Below are positions 37,771 through 52,211 of a stretch of DNA of 64,000 nt, piece by piece. The position numbers and the translations under genes are program-made. Numbering within the stretch: position 1 is the first letter of the stretch; each line of letters opens with the position of its first letter. The stretch lies in the NCBI RefSeq assembly GCF_023055435.1, contig NW_025963779.1:33790001-33854000 (forward strand), written 5' to 3'. The notes under the pieces are model-generated. The model was not told the DNA's origin and made no database searches. It saw only the letters and a program-made list of their open reading frames with translations. Source of the DNA: Haliotis rufescens. Its lineage: Eukaryota.

Positions 37771-39839
37771 TCAGTCCACATGTTCAGTGATGATAGTGGG
37801 CAGACTCTGGCTCTCTTCCCTCATCAACCCTACACTAGACTTGTTCTCTGTGTGGTTGTTGCACTCCGTGTACAGCCCTGTGTCCTCTGAGGTCAATGTC
37901 CTATCGGGAACAGACCCAGCAGCAGCCTCCGCAGAAGAATTCCTTTCTGATTCAGTGTCAGAAGACATAATCCTGTCATGTCTGGTAAGAACAGGAGTCC
38001 TGTATTGTTTGTCTTGGGAAGAAGGAAGCTTATACTGTCTTGTGTCAGGAATTCTTTCAGGAGACAAAGTCCTTCCTGGACTACCATCATTGCTATCTGG
38101 AGACTGGGTCCTAGCGAGTCTTGTCTTCGCTTCATCCTGAGACAGGACCTTGTCCTGTGAAGGGTGACACCCTCCCTCCACCAGTATGATCGGAATCTGC
38201 TGCTGCATATCAGCATCTCTTGTTGAGTCTAAACTTGGCCTCCTCTTGGTATCACACTGTCTTGGACTGATGACTTCATCCTCAGGCTGCTCCTGGTTAG
38301 CATGGGAACCTCCTGTCCACACAACACAATCCTTCTCAACAACGCCACTACAAGGTACTGATAGGAGACTTTCCCCACCAACACTGACTCGTCTTGGAAC
38401 ACCACCAGGGTTCTTTGCATTGATATCAGCCAGTGTGACCTCCACATTGTTGAACTGCTCGTCTGATGATGTCAGCATGTTTCTTGGGTCATCTTTAGCT
38501 TCAGATAACCTTCTCTCCTGACTAATCTGTCCTGATGCAGCCATGTGAGCTTCTGAGCTGTCAATCAGAATTTTGGGCAAGTCAGCTGAAGGACCAACTT
38601 CTTGTCCGTTTCCTGCTGCAGGATGACTTTCTTTAACATCATGCAATTCTGTAGTCATATTCTCTCTGGAACCATTTTGAACGTCATTATGAGATGTCTC
38701 TGCATGGTTCAAAACCTTGTGGGACAGTCCCTGACTATCTTCAGTCCCAGCTCGTTCATCCAGTTCTGTAAGCCGAGCAGCATATTGAGCCACCATGTCT
38801 TCCGATGTTTCACTCCCTGAGGTTCCCCGGTCCCCACCACCAACTTCTACTGATTTCCCCTCTCCTTCCACATCTGACTCTGTGCCTCTTTCATCCATCT
38901 CCTCCTCATAACCAACAGTGACATGTTCCCGGCAAGGCTCCACATCATCCACCCGATCGGAAAACAATGTCACTCCTGATTTGTTCACCGAAATTTCCGG
39001 AATGTCCGATGTCTGATCATCATCTTTCTTTCTGTCGGCTGCATCAGATGCTCGAAGACCCAAGGGTTCATCCTTTTCTTGTTCCACTCCTTCTTCATAG
39101 GCTACAATTCCAATCTCATAATTCTTGTCCTTGCTGATGTTGCTACGCCTCTTCTTCTTTATCTTCTCCTTCCCTGAACCATCATCTTCCTTATCTCTAT
39201 GAACAACAACATTAACATCCGATTTCTCATCCTCTTCATCATCCATTTTAAAAGATGTCCTTTTCTTTTGGCCATTATTTTTCTGCTTTTTAGGCGATAA
39301 AATCCCTTGAATCTTTTTAGAAGGTTTCTGTGGTTTTGGGGGTAAGGCATCATTAACTCTCTGTTTTGGACCGGCATTAATCTCTTCCTCTGACTTCCGA
39401 GGCCACTCAACATCTGTCTCAATGTCTGACACATCATCTGCAGTGTCAGCGTCAGCATCATCAACTTCCTTCTGGGATGAAACCACTTTGTTTGAGGTGT
39501 GGGTGGATTTGCTGGAGGAGCTAGACTTTGCCTCATATTCTTCTTCACTGGAAGAGCTGGAGCTACTCGAGCTGTCCCTCCCAGAGTTCTCCTTGTACTT
39601 ATCTCTCATTCTTTTAACTAAATCTTCTGAACCTGAGCTATCAGCTTCACTGTCATCTGTTTCTTCCTGAACATTATCCTCAACAGCAGTTATCTCCATT
39701 TTTTCTGCATTTCGAAAACTGAAATTAGTTGCAGGTTGTTGAGATTCTCCTTGGTGATTGTCTTTGTTGGAATGGTCCGACTGATCTGCTTCTTGACCTT
39801 CGATCTCTACATCAGTGCGAGCTGTAACAGCACCTCCCC
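37771..39839 (-). CDS. ERICH3: large Glu/Asp/Ser-rich terminal exon of ERICH3 (short isoform)
   Basis: ttgtAG|GG GGA GGT phase-1 acceptor in frame with the 642-aa ORF 37771-39699; ends TEHVD*; acidic low-complexity sequence as expected for an ERICH3 C-terminus. Confidence 0.85.
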
Positions 39840-42030
39840 CTACAACACAGCAAACATCAACGTGTTGGCTCTAATAAACATACATACACATTTCTGTACA
39901 TAGAAACAGCTCAATAATTACTGAATAAGCTATTTACAAATTGTTTATAAAAACTTTAACCATTGGATTTAAATATTTACATCAAGAAAATGTCAAGCAT
40001 TAATTGTGTACATGCTTAGTGAATAATTGTGAATGTAATAAATAAAAATTACCATGCATTTAAATCACTTATATAAGCATCTTAAAACTTCAAATTCATA
40101 AAATTACCCAATGAGAACATTTTCTGATGATGCTGATCAAACTTATATAAGATTTATATGCCACACAGCAACAGATTGCATGCATTACTTTAAAGCAACT
40201 TATCACTCACACATTTTGACTAAACTAGAAAATTAGAAATAATCTTTCATTTAAATTTATGGTCAAAAAGATCCTTCATAACACATATAAGCAATGTAGC
40301 TTAATGGCTTTCAGAAACACAGGTATCAATTTTTTAATGCAAACACTGCAGGCAATTCACAGCAAAGTGTAATTTGAAACTCACTTTCTTCATTCCTAGA
40401 TAAAACGGCATGTGATTATATTTTACATCAGTCAGACAATGTTCTCAAAATACAGTGCATTCTGTATATCATCACCTAACAAGATTCATGCAGATTTTGT
40501 TGTTCAAAGCAATTACAAATGTCAATACTTTATAGTCCGTTGTATTTTCAAAGAGAGAAAGGATTTGATTGAAGACTCCTTGTGGAGAAGTAATGGAACC
40601 AAAAGGTGTTGACCTTGAGACGTGAAATCAAAGTAATTATGCTTCCTCTAGGAGGAGATGGATACAGAAAGCACCATAGGATATTTCTGTTGAACAAACC
40701 TGTTAGTGTTTTGTGCACGAGTCTGGCATCATGGACGGAAACGGACAAACATGGCGGTGGTTGTGAGTGATTTATAAACATCATGCTTGGTGGAACGGAT
40801 AAATGCTTTTATCAGACTAATGTTAGTCTAACTGAAGGAGTGGAAAGTAAGCTGCAGGTCCTATTGAGGCATTGCTGGACTTCAGATGAGAAAATGCTCA
40901 TTATGTCAACAGAACAGTTAGCACCACTGGTACACTTAAACACATCTGAAAATGAAGAATCTTCATCCACTGATGTTACCTTACCCAATATATTCAGGAA
41001 AGATTCAAGAATTTGATAATTAATCATAAACAGTAACATTACTTATGGTTATGACAATATACGATCATTAACACATTCACAAACTAACAGCTGGCTTCAT
41101 GGAATTGATCCATATTTGACAAATATTCCCTACAATTAATTTACTGTATTCTACATAATAAGTGCCCAGGGCGCTCTCAAAATTAAAAATAAGAGGCTCT
41201 TATTAGAATATTATTTTGGTGAAAAAAGATCAGTTGAAAGATCGTTAATTTCATGGTTTATGCTGACAGCCTGAACTGTTTATATACGACAGATATATTT
41301 TTCCAGAATTTAATTGCCCATAATTAAGGGTGCATATAACACATGATCGAGTGCGTATTACACACGAATAAATTCAAGTCTTGTGTACATTGATCAATTG
41401 GAAGGGGTGCTAATTGGGATTGTTCACTTGCCAATATATTAGCAAATATCGCCGTGGGCGCTTATTAGAGCGGGGCGCTTATTATGTCGAATATGGTAAT
41501 CTCATCAAAATCAGATCTTTTTACGCTGATGTACCTCTCAGTGCTAAGCTCTAAAACACATCCATGGATCACATCAAATGAGCCCTGAGCGAACTTTGAC
41601 CGCCCAATCTAAAGGCTGTCAAGTTTATAAAATGATTTGCTTGATTTTGAACTGAAAACTCACATGGAACACAACAATATGATGTAGCTGCTATACATTC
41701 TACATTGAACTAGTTGTTGTAGTTCATTTTCAGGACACAGAAATCATACATTTCAATGCGACGCTGACACTAGAATCTAGAAGCCTTGACACTGATTGGC
41801 TGATGAGAAAGTTCACCTGACGCGACCTCCTATAGAAGTGACCTCAGATCTTCACAAAGACAGTAATCTATTGGAATAAAAGATCTGACTTTGATGAGAC
41901 TGAAAAATAAAACGTTCAGAAATCCAAGATGATACTTTGTAACACGTGTTATTTGTTAGTCAGTGTTCCAAGTCAACGTGCCACGTGTGAGAAGTAACGG
42001 TCACACACAAACGTGATGTACGGTAATCAC

Positions 42031-42099
42031 CAGTGAGGGGTTTTGGGGCATCTGTTTCATCAGCAACAGGGATGCCAGGCTGTACCTTACTGACTCCAT
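42031..42099 (-). CDS. ERICH3: candidate small ERICH3 exon
   Basis: cacAG|(D)GVSKVQPGIPVADETDAPKPLT G|GTgatt; 69 nt, phase 1-1. Confidence 0.5.
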
Positions 42100-45000
42100 C
42101 TGTGGTTAACATCAACGTACCATCATACCAACACTGAGTCATCATACCGTATCAGTCATATCATGTCACACATTTACTTTATTGGATGGTGGATAAAATG
42201 TCTTTGGACATTGCATATTGGTTTTGAGAATAACATTTTCTTGTTATCCGTCTTTTACAAATGGTGTTATTTTAATTTCTTGTCGAAGCAAAAACAATTA
42301 CCCTTTGCCAATGTACTCTCCTTTGTTTCTTGTCAGTCACATTTGTTAGGTCAGTTAACATTTGTTTCCTTTTTAACTAGTTATGCTTTTTCTCTCAACT
42401 GATTAACATGACTATTTGGTGTAGTTAACCTTCATTATTGAAGAGAATTTTAATAAAACAAGGCAAGACAGGTGGCTTATTTATGAACTAGTCATTGAAA
42501 TATCAAAATGTATTTACCTATTGCCATAAAATATTTCAGTATGCCTTTAACATGTGTGAAGCATGAAATTACCTGTCTGTGTATATACATAATGAAATTT
42601 GTCGAGTCATTTCAAAAGCAGAGAACAAAATCAATGGTTAGCAATGGATTTTGCTAGTGCTAGACATCATTTATTAATATTATTATTATTGTTGTTGTTG
42701 TTGACCTACACAATACAAAGGTCAAATTCAAACAATACCATCACCAACTATAGGAGTATATATAGCTAATTGAAAAACAAACATTTCAAAAAATACATTC
42801 TACATCTTTCCCTAGTCCATTTTTGTAAGAGTGCATCCATGTAACTAGAAATATTAAAGTTAACGTAAGACAGCTTCATGCCTACATTCTCTAAAAAAGA
42901 ATTTGTCTTAAAACAATTCCAGGCCTTATTTATAGTGACTGTGGGGGGTCTCTTGAGAAAATAATGAAAACTCCCCAAAATGTAAATAAATCCAGTTTCA
43001 AAATCTTAACTTTGAATCAAAAGTTCACAAAACACCATTTCCTTGGAAAGCTTTAATACTTGCATACAATACAATAAAAAAGAATTCACATTGTAAGATC
43101 TATGATTACAGGTAATTATATCAAGAAAGCAAGAAGAAAAGAGCAAAGTAGCCAAAGCCCCACATCATCCTAAAGCAGCCTCCGTACCTCGATACATAAC
43201 AGTTTTCAGGCACCATTTTGTGTACATAGAAATGTAGGTACTAGAACAGCATATCGAACTTCACAGTATGATATATAACCACAACAACATTCTCACTAGT
43301 GAAGCATCTTCATCTTAATACATAAACATATGATAATTTATTCTGTCAAATATATGATAATTTATTCTGTCAAAATGAAATAACTCGGAGAGAATACATG
43401 AATAAAATGTAATCTGTAATATGCTGCTTCTTTAACTAGCAAAAGAAAACAATTACCTTCACTAATAATATAAGTATACATAATTAATAACAATAACTGT
43501 GAGACCACCAAACGTAAGCTTCCATCATGTGGTCTGTAATTGATGAAATTAGCACCCATTGCTTAATGATGAACCCTTCCCTAACCTATCTTTACATAAA
43601 TATTTGTCAGAAACTATGACTACTGAATTATAAATTGGAATCCAAAGAATTAGTGTTATTATTCAACATGTTGTTATAATAAAACATCCCTTGATTTTTC
43701 TTTAACTTATAATTTTGGATTGACAACTTGACTCTCAAAAGTCAACAATGTGGTAACACAAGTACAAACTAAACTTGACATTAAAGTAATACCAAGAGTC
43801 CTAGCACATGTCCTAGCAGGTATCATACTGAGTCCTAGCAATACCAATAGGTGCCTCCTTTGATCCCTAATTAGAAACAGGGTGCAAGCAACAATATTAC
43901 AGTAATTAATCACAAATTAAATGAGCACACCCTATCATATCATAATCAATAAGCACTACATTTCTATGCAATATCAATGAGAATAAGAATATTATAATTA
44001 ATAAAATCCATCTACTGAAAATATATAGTTTTTATTTTTATAGAAATCTTGTTTCTCTCAGAAGAAACTATCTTTATCACGTGTAGCAGAATAGGCTGTT
44101 AAGCATTGTGCTAGATAAGCTAAAGATAAATCTAGTCTATATTGCGAGAACTACAAATTTCATCCCTGGTGTATGGATCTTCTAGCCCTCTGGAATAGAC
44201 ACATGAGTTGCGTTGAGAATGGGACCAGGGAGCCAGCATTAACACATCCTCTATTTTCAGGAATTTGTATCACCATTATGTTGACCATACAATTGACATT
44301 ATTTGGTAATGTCTTCCAAACTGCAATTTCTAATTCAGAAAAGCATGATGGTTTTAATCAGCTATCTAGAGATGGGTCACAACCTCTCTCAAAGCTGATT
44401 AAATTCATAGCAAATATTGCTCTTCTATAGTCAAACTGTGACATAAATTAATTCCTTTTAACTCCTGCTTTAACCAGATGATGTATGGACTTATAAACCT
44501 AAGTGATGTCATCCCATTGTCCTGTCATTGTCTCTATACATCATAAAATCTTCAACTTGCGCAGTACCCAGAAATCTTAGGCATAAAATCCTGGGTGTTT
44601 AATTTATAAAATCCACACAAATACAATCGATTTTACACACAGATACAATTGATTTTATATTTCAGTGGATCAAACTTGAGCCTGTGAGTGTCCCACTAGG
44701 CTACAGAGGCGCTGATAATCCACAATACTTTTAAGTAGTACTGGTTCATGGAAAATGTGTTTGAAACATAAAATTGTTAATAAATGTTGCTTCAGATTTT
44801 TCATTTGGTTTATAAGACAGATAAAACACTCCTCCTCAGGATGTTATGAGATTGAAAACCTTGGATGTGTTTTTCCTGCACGTATAGTACCTGTCTGTGT
44901 GACAGGTCTGTCAGTATAGATACTGCATGAGTTGTGAAATACCAGCTATATCAAGACAGCCATCAAGTGGCAGCTTTTGTAACAAAACCACAGGGCACTA

Positions 45001-45399
45001 TACAAAGTTAGCTCAATTTATTTGACATTTGCAAAATAAATTGATGTTCTGCTAATGTGTGCAGAAAGACTGTGATGTACTAAGGTCACATGTTAATTTA
45101 GGTCTTCCAGCCATTTTGAATGACTTGCTGACTATCTTTAACTGTCCTGACTGTGATTGTTCCCAGTGTGTCCTGGCGTGTGATACTGATGCAGACATTC
45201 TTGATTGTGCAAGGACTAAAGTGAGTAGCATGCTGCATTCCTTGATCATTCTGTGTCGTCAGTGAGACATCAGAAGAAGACATTGAGAGAAGCAAATATT
45301 CCTTTAGTTCATTAAACTAATCATGGCAACAGGCTCGTTCCTCCAAATACTGATAATTTCCAGGGAAAGATACTTTTATATGATATATGGCCTCATCAT

Positions 45400-45973
45400 C
45401 TACCTATTTCCCTCTACACTATCTGCTCTTGTCCCATTTTGTATGTCCCCCTCGCCATACAATCTACTCTCTACTCTCCTTGTATCTTTCTCCCCCCATA
45501 CAATAAGCTTTCATCACTTTTTGTACCTGTTTTCCAAAAAATCAGGGTTTTTTCCCATGTTGTACCTGTTTTCCTGACCACTGTCTGCACTCTGGTCCAC
45601 CTTGTACTGTTTTTGCCCAACAGCATTTGGTTTTTTCCCTCTTTGTCCCACCTTCCCCTACACTATCTGCATTTTTCGCATTTATTACCTGATCTCCCTC
45701 TATAGTATTGGAACTTTTCCCACTTCTTGCCTGTTTTCTTCAGTATTATCTTCTCTTTTCCATTTTTTTCCCCATTTTCCTGACTACTATCTGCCCTTTT
45801 ACCCCATTTTCCCAACTACTACTTTTCCCATTTTTCCCCCATTTTCCCCACTACTATATCTGCCCCTTTCCCACTTTTTACCTGTTTTCCCGCTATACTA
45901 TCTGCACGTTTCCCGCTTTGTTACCCATTTTCCCCTAATACCACTTTTCCCCTCCCATATTCTTCCTATTTTC

Positions 45974-46016
<43 letters not shown>
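45400..46016. repeat. degenerate pyrimidine-rich repeat ending in (TA)n microsatellite
   Basis: recurrent ACTACTATCTGC/TTTTCCC motifs; about 20 TA units at ~45976-46016. Confidence 0.75.
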
Positions 46017-46019
<3 letters not shown>

Positions 46020-46078
46020 CACCCCAGCACACAGTATACAGCGCCTAGCAAATGTACTACCACACTAGATGTCCCTAC

Positions 46079-46147
46079 CTTCATCGGGCTGCTGGCTCCT
46101 CCCGGAGGGGCTGTCATCTTCATCCTCAAAGTCAGACTCATAAGCAT
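46079..46147 (-). CDS. ERICH3: ERICH3 exon
   Basis: ttccAG|(D)AYESDFEDEDDSPSGRSQQPDE G|GTaggg; 69 nt, phase 1-1; acidic YESDFE motif. Confidence 0.8.
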
Positions 46148-47402
46148 CTGGAATTAAGGGCAACAGGTCAATCAATCACCTTACAACATGGCCACATGAA
46201 CAACTATTGATGTCCAGAGTCCTAGTTTCAAACAACATTCTCTACACAGTGAAAGCCCCTTAGTTCAGACCCTGGGAGTTGAGAAACCTGTCTTCTAGAC
46301 AATTACTCTAGGAAACATCTATATGGTAACAGACATACTACTGAAAATAAGTAAAGAATACCCAATTTTTTCATATTACTTTAATTAATCTGAATGTCAT
46401 GACAGATTAACTATAGTCAAACCAAAAAATTGGGTGTTCATTAATTGTCATGTAATGACATATTAACTATAATAATATGAAAGAATCGGATGTTCTTTAA
46501 CTTCTTTTGAGTAGTATATAATATAAATACCAAATGCCCACAATTCACATATCTGGAAATTCAAAATCATTTGAAACTGGGTTTCTCTGTTCATGGTTTG
46601 TTTGTGGGTAATATAATTGTTTTCAAAAGAAAAAAACATTGTTGTCAAAGGAATAAAATGTCATTTGTTTTTCCAAGAAGCTGATCAGTGCTCACAGTCT
46701 AGAATAGCATTGCAACAAACGGATGCTGTATAGGATGAAGCATTGAAAAGTAATGACATAATATATGAATATGACATAAATAAATTAACACTTATGACAG
46801 GTATTATAAGGAAAATAATCAGGTATCAAGTTTGCACATCATTGCTACTTATCATTTCTTTCACAAAAAGAGTGTATAAAACTTTCACTAAAACAGTGGT
46901 ATAAAACATTCACCAACATATTTCCTTGTAATAACAAGCTAACAAATTTACCACTGTCATTTTCACACACAACTTGTCACTCAAAAGGCTGTTAGGACCC
47001 AGATGGAGAATGATACAACTGTACTTTCCCACCTTCGGTATGTTTAGTCCATTATAAACAAGTTCCAACACATCATATCTTGTCATGACAGTATAAGGGA
47101 TAATAATGGTTTTGCATTTCACACATTTGACTATACCCATGGTAACAAGCAGAACTTCAAATCATATATTGTTAACACAAACTCATAATTTCTTCATGCG
47201 GATTGTTAAATGTTTATCTAATTATTCATGCATTCCTGTGCTACCTAGAGTGATGTGCCTTTATTTGTGCGCATGAGTGTGCAGTTTTTAACTTTTTGGG
47301 GTGCATATTTGTGTGCACTGGAAGTGCATGCCAGTGCATGTATTAGTTGCGGAGTCAACATGTCACTCATGTGTTTAACCACCAACACATCAAGAGTTAA
47401 CT

Positions 47403-47555
47403 GTGAGTGAGTGAGTTGGGTTTTCTGCCACTAATAGCAATATTCCAGCAATATCACAATGAGGGACACCAGAAATGGGTTTTATATTTTGTATAAACCA
47501 TGTTAGGAATGGAACCTGACAAGTGAACACTTTAACCACTTGGCTACCCCACTGC
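47403..47555 (-). mobile_element. SINE family B, degenerate
   Basis: GTGAGTGAGTGAG...GCAATATTCCAGCAATATCAC...GGGACACCAGAAATGGG...TTTAACCACTTGGCTACCCC. Confidence 0.8.
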
Positions 47556-47644
47556 TCTCAACAGTTAAATGTATCCTGACTAGAGTAAGTGAGTTGGGGT
47601 CAATGCCTCTTTGTATTTCAGAATTACCCTGCCCAACATAATAA

Positions 47645-48152
47645 CAATCACATTAAATTCAGATCTTAATGCTCATGACCACTACACATAGATCTGAAGA
47701 CATCCCATTACAGATCATGTCAGAACGACCTTTCATCCGACCAATCAGAGCGTCGCTTAAGGGATCGTAAAAGTGAAGTCTGAATGCGTTAATCATACAA
47801 ACTTGAAAAGATGAATTCAAAGCATTACAAACAACAGTTCCGTCCTGTATGACTGATTCCATCAAAGGCATTGTCTATCTCTCACGTCAAATGGATAAAC
47901 ATTTGAAATGAAAGAGACTTTCCATTGCCCATGGGAAGTACTACCATACAATCTCAGCCATCTATTGGACATTTCTGTTTGTTCAGTGTTTGCTGTAAAG
48001 CTCAAGAAGGCTGCTTCTGATTGACTAACGTTGACTTCCTGTTCTTCATTTCATTGGTCAAGGTTTTTGAACGTAGTTCTGATGTGAACTGGGATTTGTT
48101 AAGATCTTTGTGTAGCAGCAGCAAGCACTAAGTTCTGATTTTGATGAGATTG
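47645..48152. mobile_element. MITE family G
   Basis: CAATCACATTAAATTCAGATCT...CAGAACGACCTTTCATCC...TCTGATTTTGATGAGATTG; a further decayed copy lies at ~41498-41901. Confidence 0.8.
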
Positions 48153-48792
48153 AATATAATGATATAGTTATAAAGTGACTTTGGGGCTGTTGATACTTGT
48201 CAATTTAACTCAAAGCAAAAATAATAAAACTATATTAAAACTGAAGGAACAGTCTATTTGTAAGCTTCACTATGCAACTATGGAAGGAATGCCTTCAGTA
48301 GTATTAAATAATGCTTTCAAAGCTGGAAATGCCTGAGCCTGGAAAACTATACCTATTAATATTTATATCATCATAAAGAAAGAACAGGGACATATGGTTC
48401 AATAAAATCACTGATTCTCCATTCAAAAAGCATCTCATATTACATATAAGCTGCATGACTGATACAGTGATTAAAATCATTACTGATTAATGTAAAATTA
48501 TCATATCTTGTGTAAATGCATGAAGTTTGTGTCTTGTGGATGTAAGGGAGTCTAAATACCCAAGCCTTATTACATTTAAACCTTAGTTGTAAAACCCTCT
48601 TATTAAGTTCATAAAAGGCTTGCCTAAAACTTTATAAGCAAAATAAAAAATGCATGTTAACAATAATGCTGGAGCCATATGACAATTTAATAAATGCACT
48701 TGTTACAAAAGAATTAAGGAACAAGCTAAAAGAAGCCTGAATTGAAAACATGTGTTGGTCTTTGTGCTGTACATCTCGCATTGTCTATTGTT

Positions 48793-49069
48793 AGTGAGTG
48801 AGTTGGGTTTAACGCCGCTTTTAACATTAATCCAGTTATATCACTGCGTGTCAGCTTAATGTGGGAGGAAAGCCCGAAGTGATGCAGGTCTCAGACGTTT
48901 ACCACTTCGGTGAAACCCACAAGCACGGGTTTGGTGCTGACAAACCTAGAAACATAATCGGGGCGAACCAGGATTCGAACCCACAATCATAGGTTTCTGG
49001 CTTGCCCAAGGGATGCAACTGTGCACAGCGAATCGCGGCGCCTTAGACGACTGGGCCACCCGTGCCCCC
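48793..49069 (-). mobile_element. SINE family A with TSD
   Basis: reverse complement of the 5829 copy; flanked by CTATTGTT at 48785-48792 and 49070-49077. Confidence 0.92.
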
Positions 49070-49488
49070 CTATTGTTGGATATATAGTGTAACTGTGGAA
49101 ACACAGAAATAACCTGGGACTCTTTCTATCCTATACATGTTTATATATGATGATGACAATGATGAGATAAACTTTCATGCTATTCAAGAATCTTTTTGTA
49201 ATTTGCGAAGGGCTTTTTTAAAGTCTTTTTCTACTTCATTAAAAATCATTTTAATCATAAAAATAATGTAATTTCTACAAAGAATACTAAGCGTTACTGT
49301 TGTTGATATGTATATTAATGTATATATTGAGCAGGTGTATGAGTGAGGCCGAGTGGCCCCCAAGGATGGGGATATGTAACCAGAAAAAAACAGTCACAGC
49401 ATGCTGGAGTTACAGGGACACTGAGAACATAACCCAGGAACACAATGTGAGAAAACAGCACACCAACACACAGCAAGCTGAGTTATAC

Positions 49489-49551
49489 CCTCGTTATTGT
49501 CCCGTGCGTCAGCGCCATCTACCTCCACGGGAACCAAGATTTGGTCGTGGG
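49489..49551 (-). CDS. ERICH3: candidate small ERICH3 exon
   Basis: ttcAG|(A)HDQILVPVEVDGADARDNNE G|GTataa; 63 nt, symmetric phase 1-1. Confidence 0.5.
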
Positions 49552-49789
49552 CTGAAACGGCCACAACATCAACATTGCACAATATATAAAGCTGTTCCAA
49601 CTCTTGTCACACTGAAATACAGACAGTCTGACAAGCATGGTCTACTCTCTCACTTATTGTACTGAAAGAAGCTGTTTCCAAGTGACGAGGTTATTTGTGA
49701 AATGTATAAACACCCCATACTCTGACACATAACAAGTCACGACCCCCACATTCTTGATCCCAGATCCTCACACGATATGAACAGACCAA

Positions 49790-52172
49790 ACATATGACAT
49801 GCCTAGACCCTACACCCCACACATGACATGCCTAGACCCCACACCTCACACATGACATGCCCAGACCCCACACCTCACACATGACATGTCATGACCCCAC
49901 ATCTCACACATGACATGCCTAGACCCCACACCTCACACATGACATGCCTAGACCCCACACCCCACACATAACATGCCTAGACCCCACACCTCACACATCA
50001 CATGCCTAGACCCCACACCCCACACATAACATGCCTAGACTCCACACCTCACACATAACATGCCTAGACCCCACACCTCACACATAACATGCCTAGACCC
50101 CGAACCTCACACATCACATGTCATGACCCCACACCCCACACATGACATGCCTAGACCCCACACCTCACTCATGACATGCCTAGACCCCACACCACACACA
50201 CGACATGTCATGACCCCACACCTCACACATCACATGTCATGACCCCACACCTCACACATCACATACCTAGACCCCACACCGCACACATCACATGCCAAGA
50301 CCCCACACCCCACACGTGACATGCCTAGACCCCACACCTCACACATCACATGCCTAGACCCCGATTCTCACACCACATGCCTAGACCCCTCACCTCACAC
50401 ATGACATGACATGATCCCACACCCCACACATGACATGCCCAGACCCCACACCCCACACATGACATGACATGACCCCACACATGACATGCCTAGACCCCAC
50501 ACCTCACACATGACATGCCTAGACCCCACACCCCACACATGACATGCCTAGACCCCACACCCCACACATGACATGCCTAGACCCCACACCCCACACATGA
50601 CATGCCTAGACCCCACACCCCACACATGACATGCCTAGACCCCACACCTCACACATGACATGCCTAGACCCCACACCCCACACATGACATGCCTAGACCC
50701 CACACCCCACACATGACATGCCTAGACCCCACACCCCACACATGACATGCCTAGACCCCGATTCTCACACATGACATGACATGACCCCACACCCCACACA
50801 TGACATGCCTAGACCCCACACCCCACACATGACATGCCTAGACTCCTCACCTCACACATGACATGACATGACCCCACACCCCACACATGACATGCCTAGA
50901 CCCCACACCTCACACATGACATGCCTAGACCCCACACCTCACACATGACATGCCTAGACCCTGATTCTCACACATGACATGCCTAGACTCCTCACCTCAG
51001 ACATGACATGCCTAGACCCCACACCTCACACATAACATGCCTAGACCCCACACCCCACACATGACATGCCTAGACCCCAACCCTCACTCATGACATGCCT
51101 AGACCCCACACCACACACACGACATGTCATGACCCCTCACCTCACACATGACATGACATGACATGACCCCACACATGACATGCCCAGACCCCACACCCCA
51201 CACATGACATGACATGACCCCACACATGACGTGCCTAGACCCCACACCCCACACATGACATGCCTAGACCCCACACCTCACACATGACATGCCTAGACCC
51301 CACACCCCACACATGACATGCCTTGACCCCACACCCCACACATGACATGCCTAGACCCTGATTCTCACACATGACATGACATGACCCCACACCCCACACA
51401 TGACATGCCTAGACCCCACACCCCACACATGACATGCCTAGACCCTGATTCTCACACATGACATGACATGACCCCACACCCCACACATGACATGCCTAGA
51501 CCCCACACCCCACACATGACATGCCTAGACTCCTCACCTCACACATGACATGACATGACCCCACACCCCACACATGACATGCCTAGACCCCACACCTCAC
51601 ACATGACATGCCTAGACCCCACACCTCACACATGACATGCCTAGACCCCACACCTCACACATGACATGCCTAGACTCCTCACCTCAGACATGACATGCCT
51701 AGACCCCACACCTCACACATCACATGTCATGACCCCACACCCCACACATGACATGCCTAGACCCCACACCTCACTCATGACATGCCTAGACCCCACACCA
51801 CACACACATGTCATGACCCCTCACCTCACACATGACATGACATGACATGACCCCACACATGACATGCCCAGACCCCACACCCCACACATGACATGACATG
51901 ACCCCACACATGACATGCCTAGACCCCACACCTCACACATGACATGCCTAGACCCAAAACCCTCACACATGACATACCCGGACCCCGAACCTCACACATG
52001 ACATGCCTAGACCCCACACCTCACACATGACATGCCAAGACCCCACACCTCACCCATGACATGCCTAGACCCCACACCTCACACATTACATGCCTAGACC
52101 CCACACCTCACACATGACATGCCAAGACCCCACACCTCACCCATGAAATGTCACGACCCCACACCCTCACAT
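49790..52172. repeat. minisatellite, 29-bp unit x ~80
   Basis: CATGACATGCCTAGACCCCACACC(T/C)CACA repeated, ending ~40 bp from the donor of exon 52212-52369. Confidence 0.97.
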
Positions 52173-52211
52173 CAAACATCAAGAACCAGATCCAGCCAAC
52201 CAATAACCTAC

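Noticed and set aside
40548-41039. Short ORFs and a phase-1 acceptor-like site near 40945
   Set aside because: The frame stops after ~32 codons, the composition is unlike neighbouring exons, and there is no convincing donor.
45052-45295. Overlapping 65-aa ORFs in an ERICH3 intron
   Set aside because: The best acceptor gives an immediate stop in the required phase, and there is no recognisable homology.
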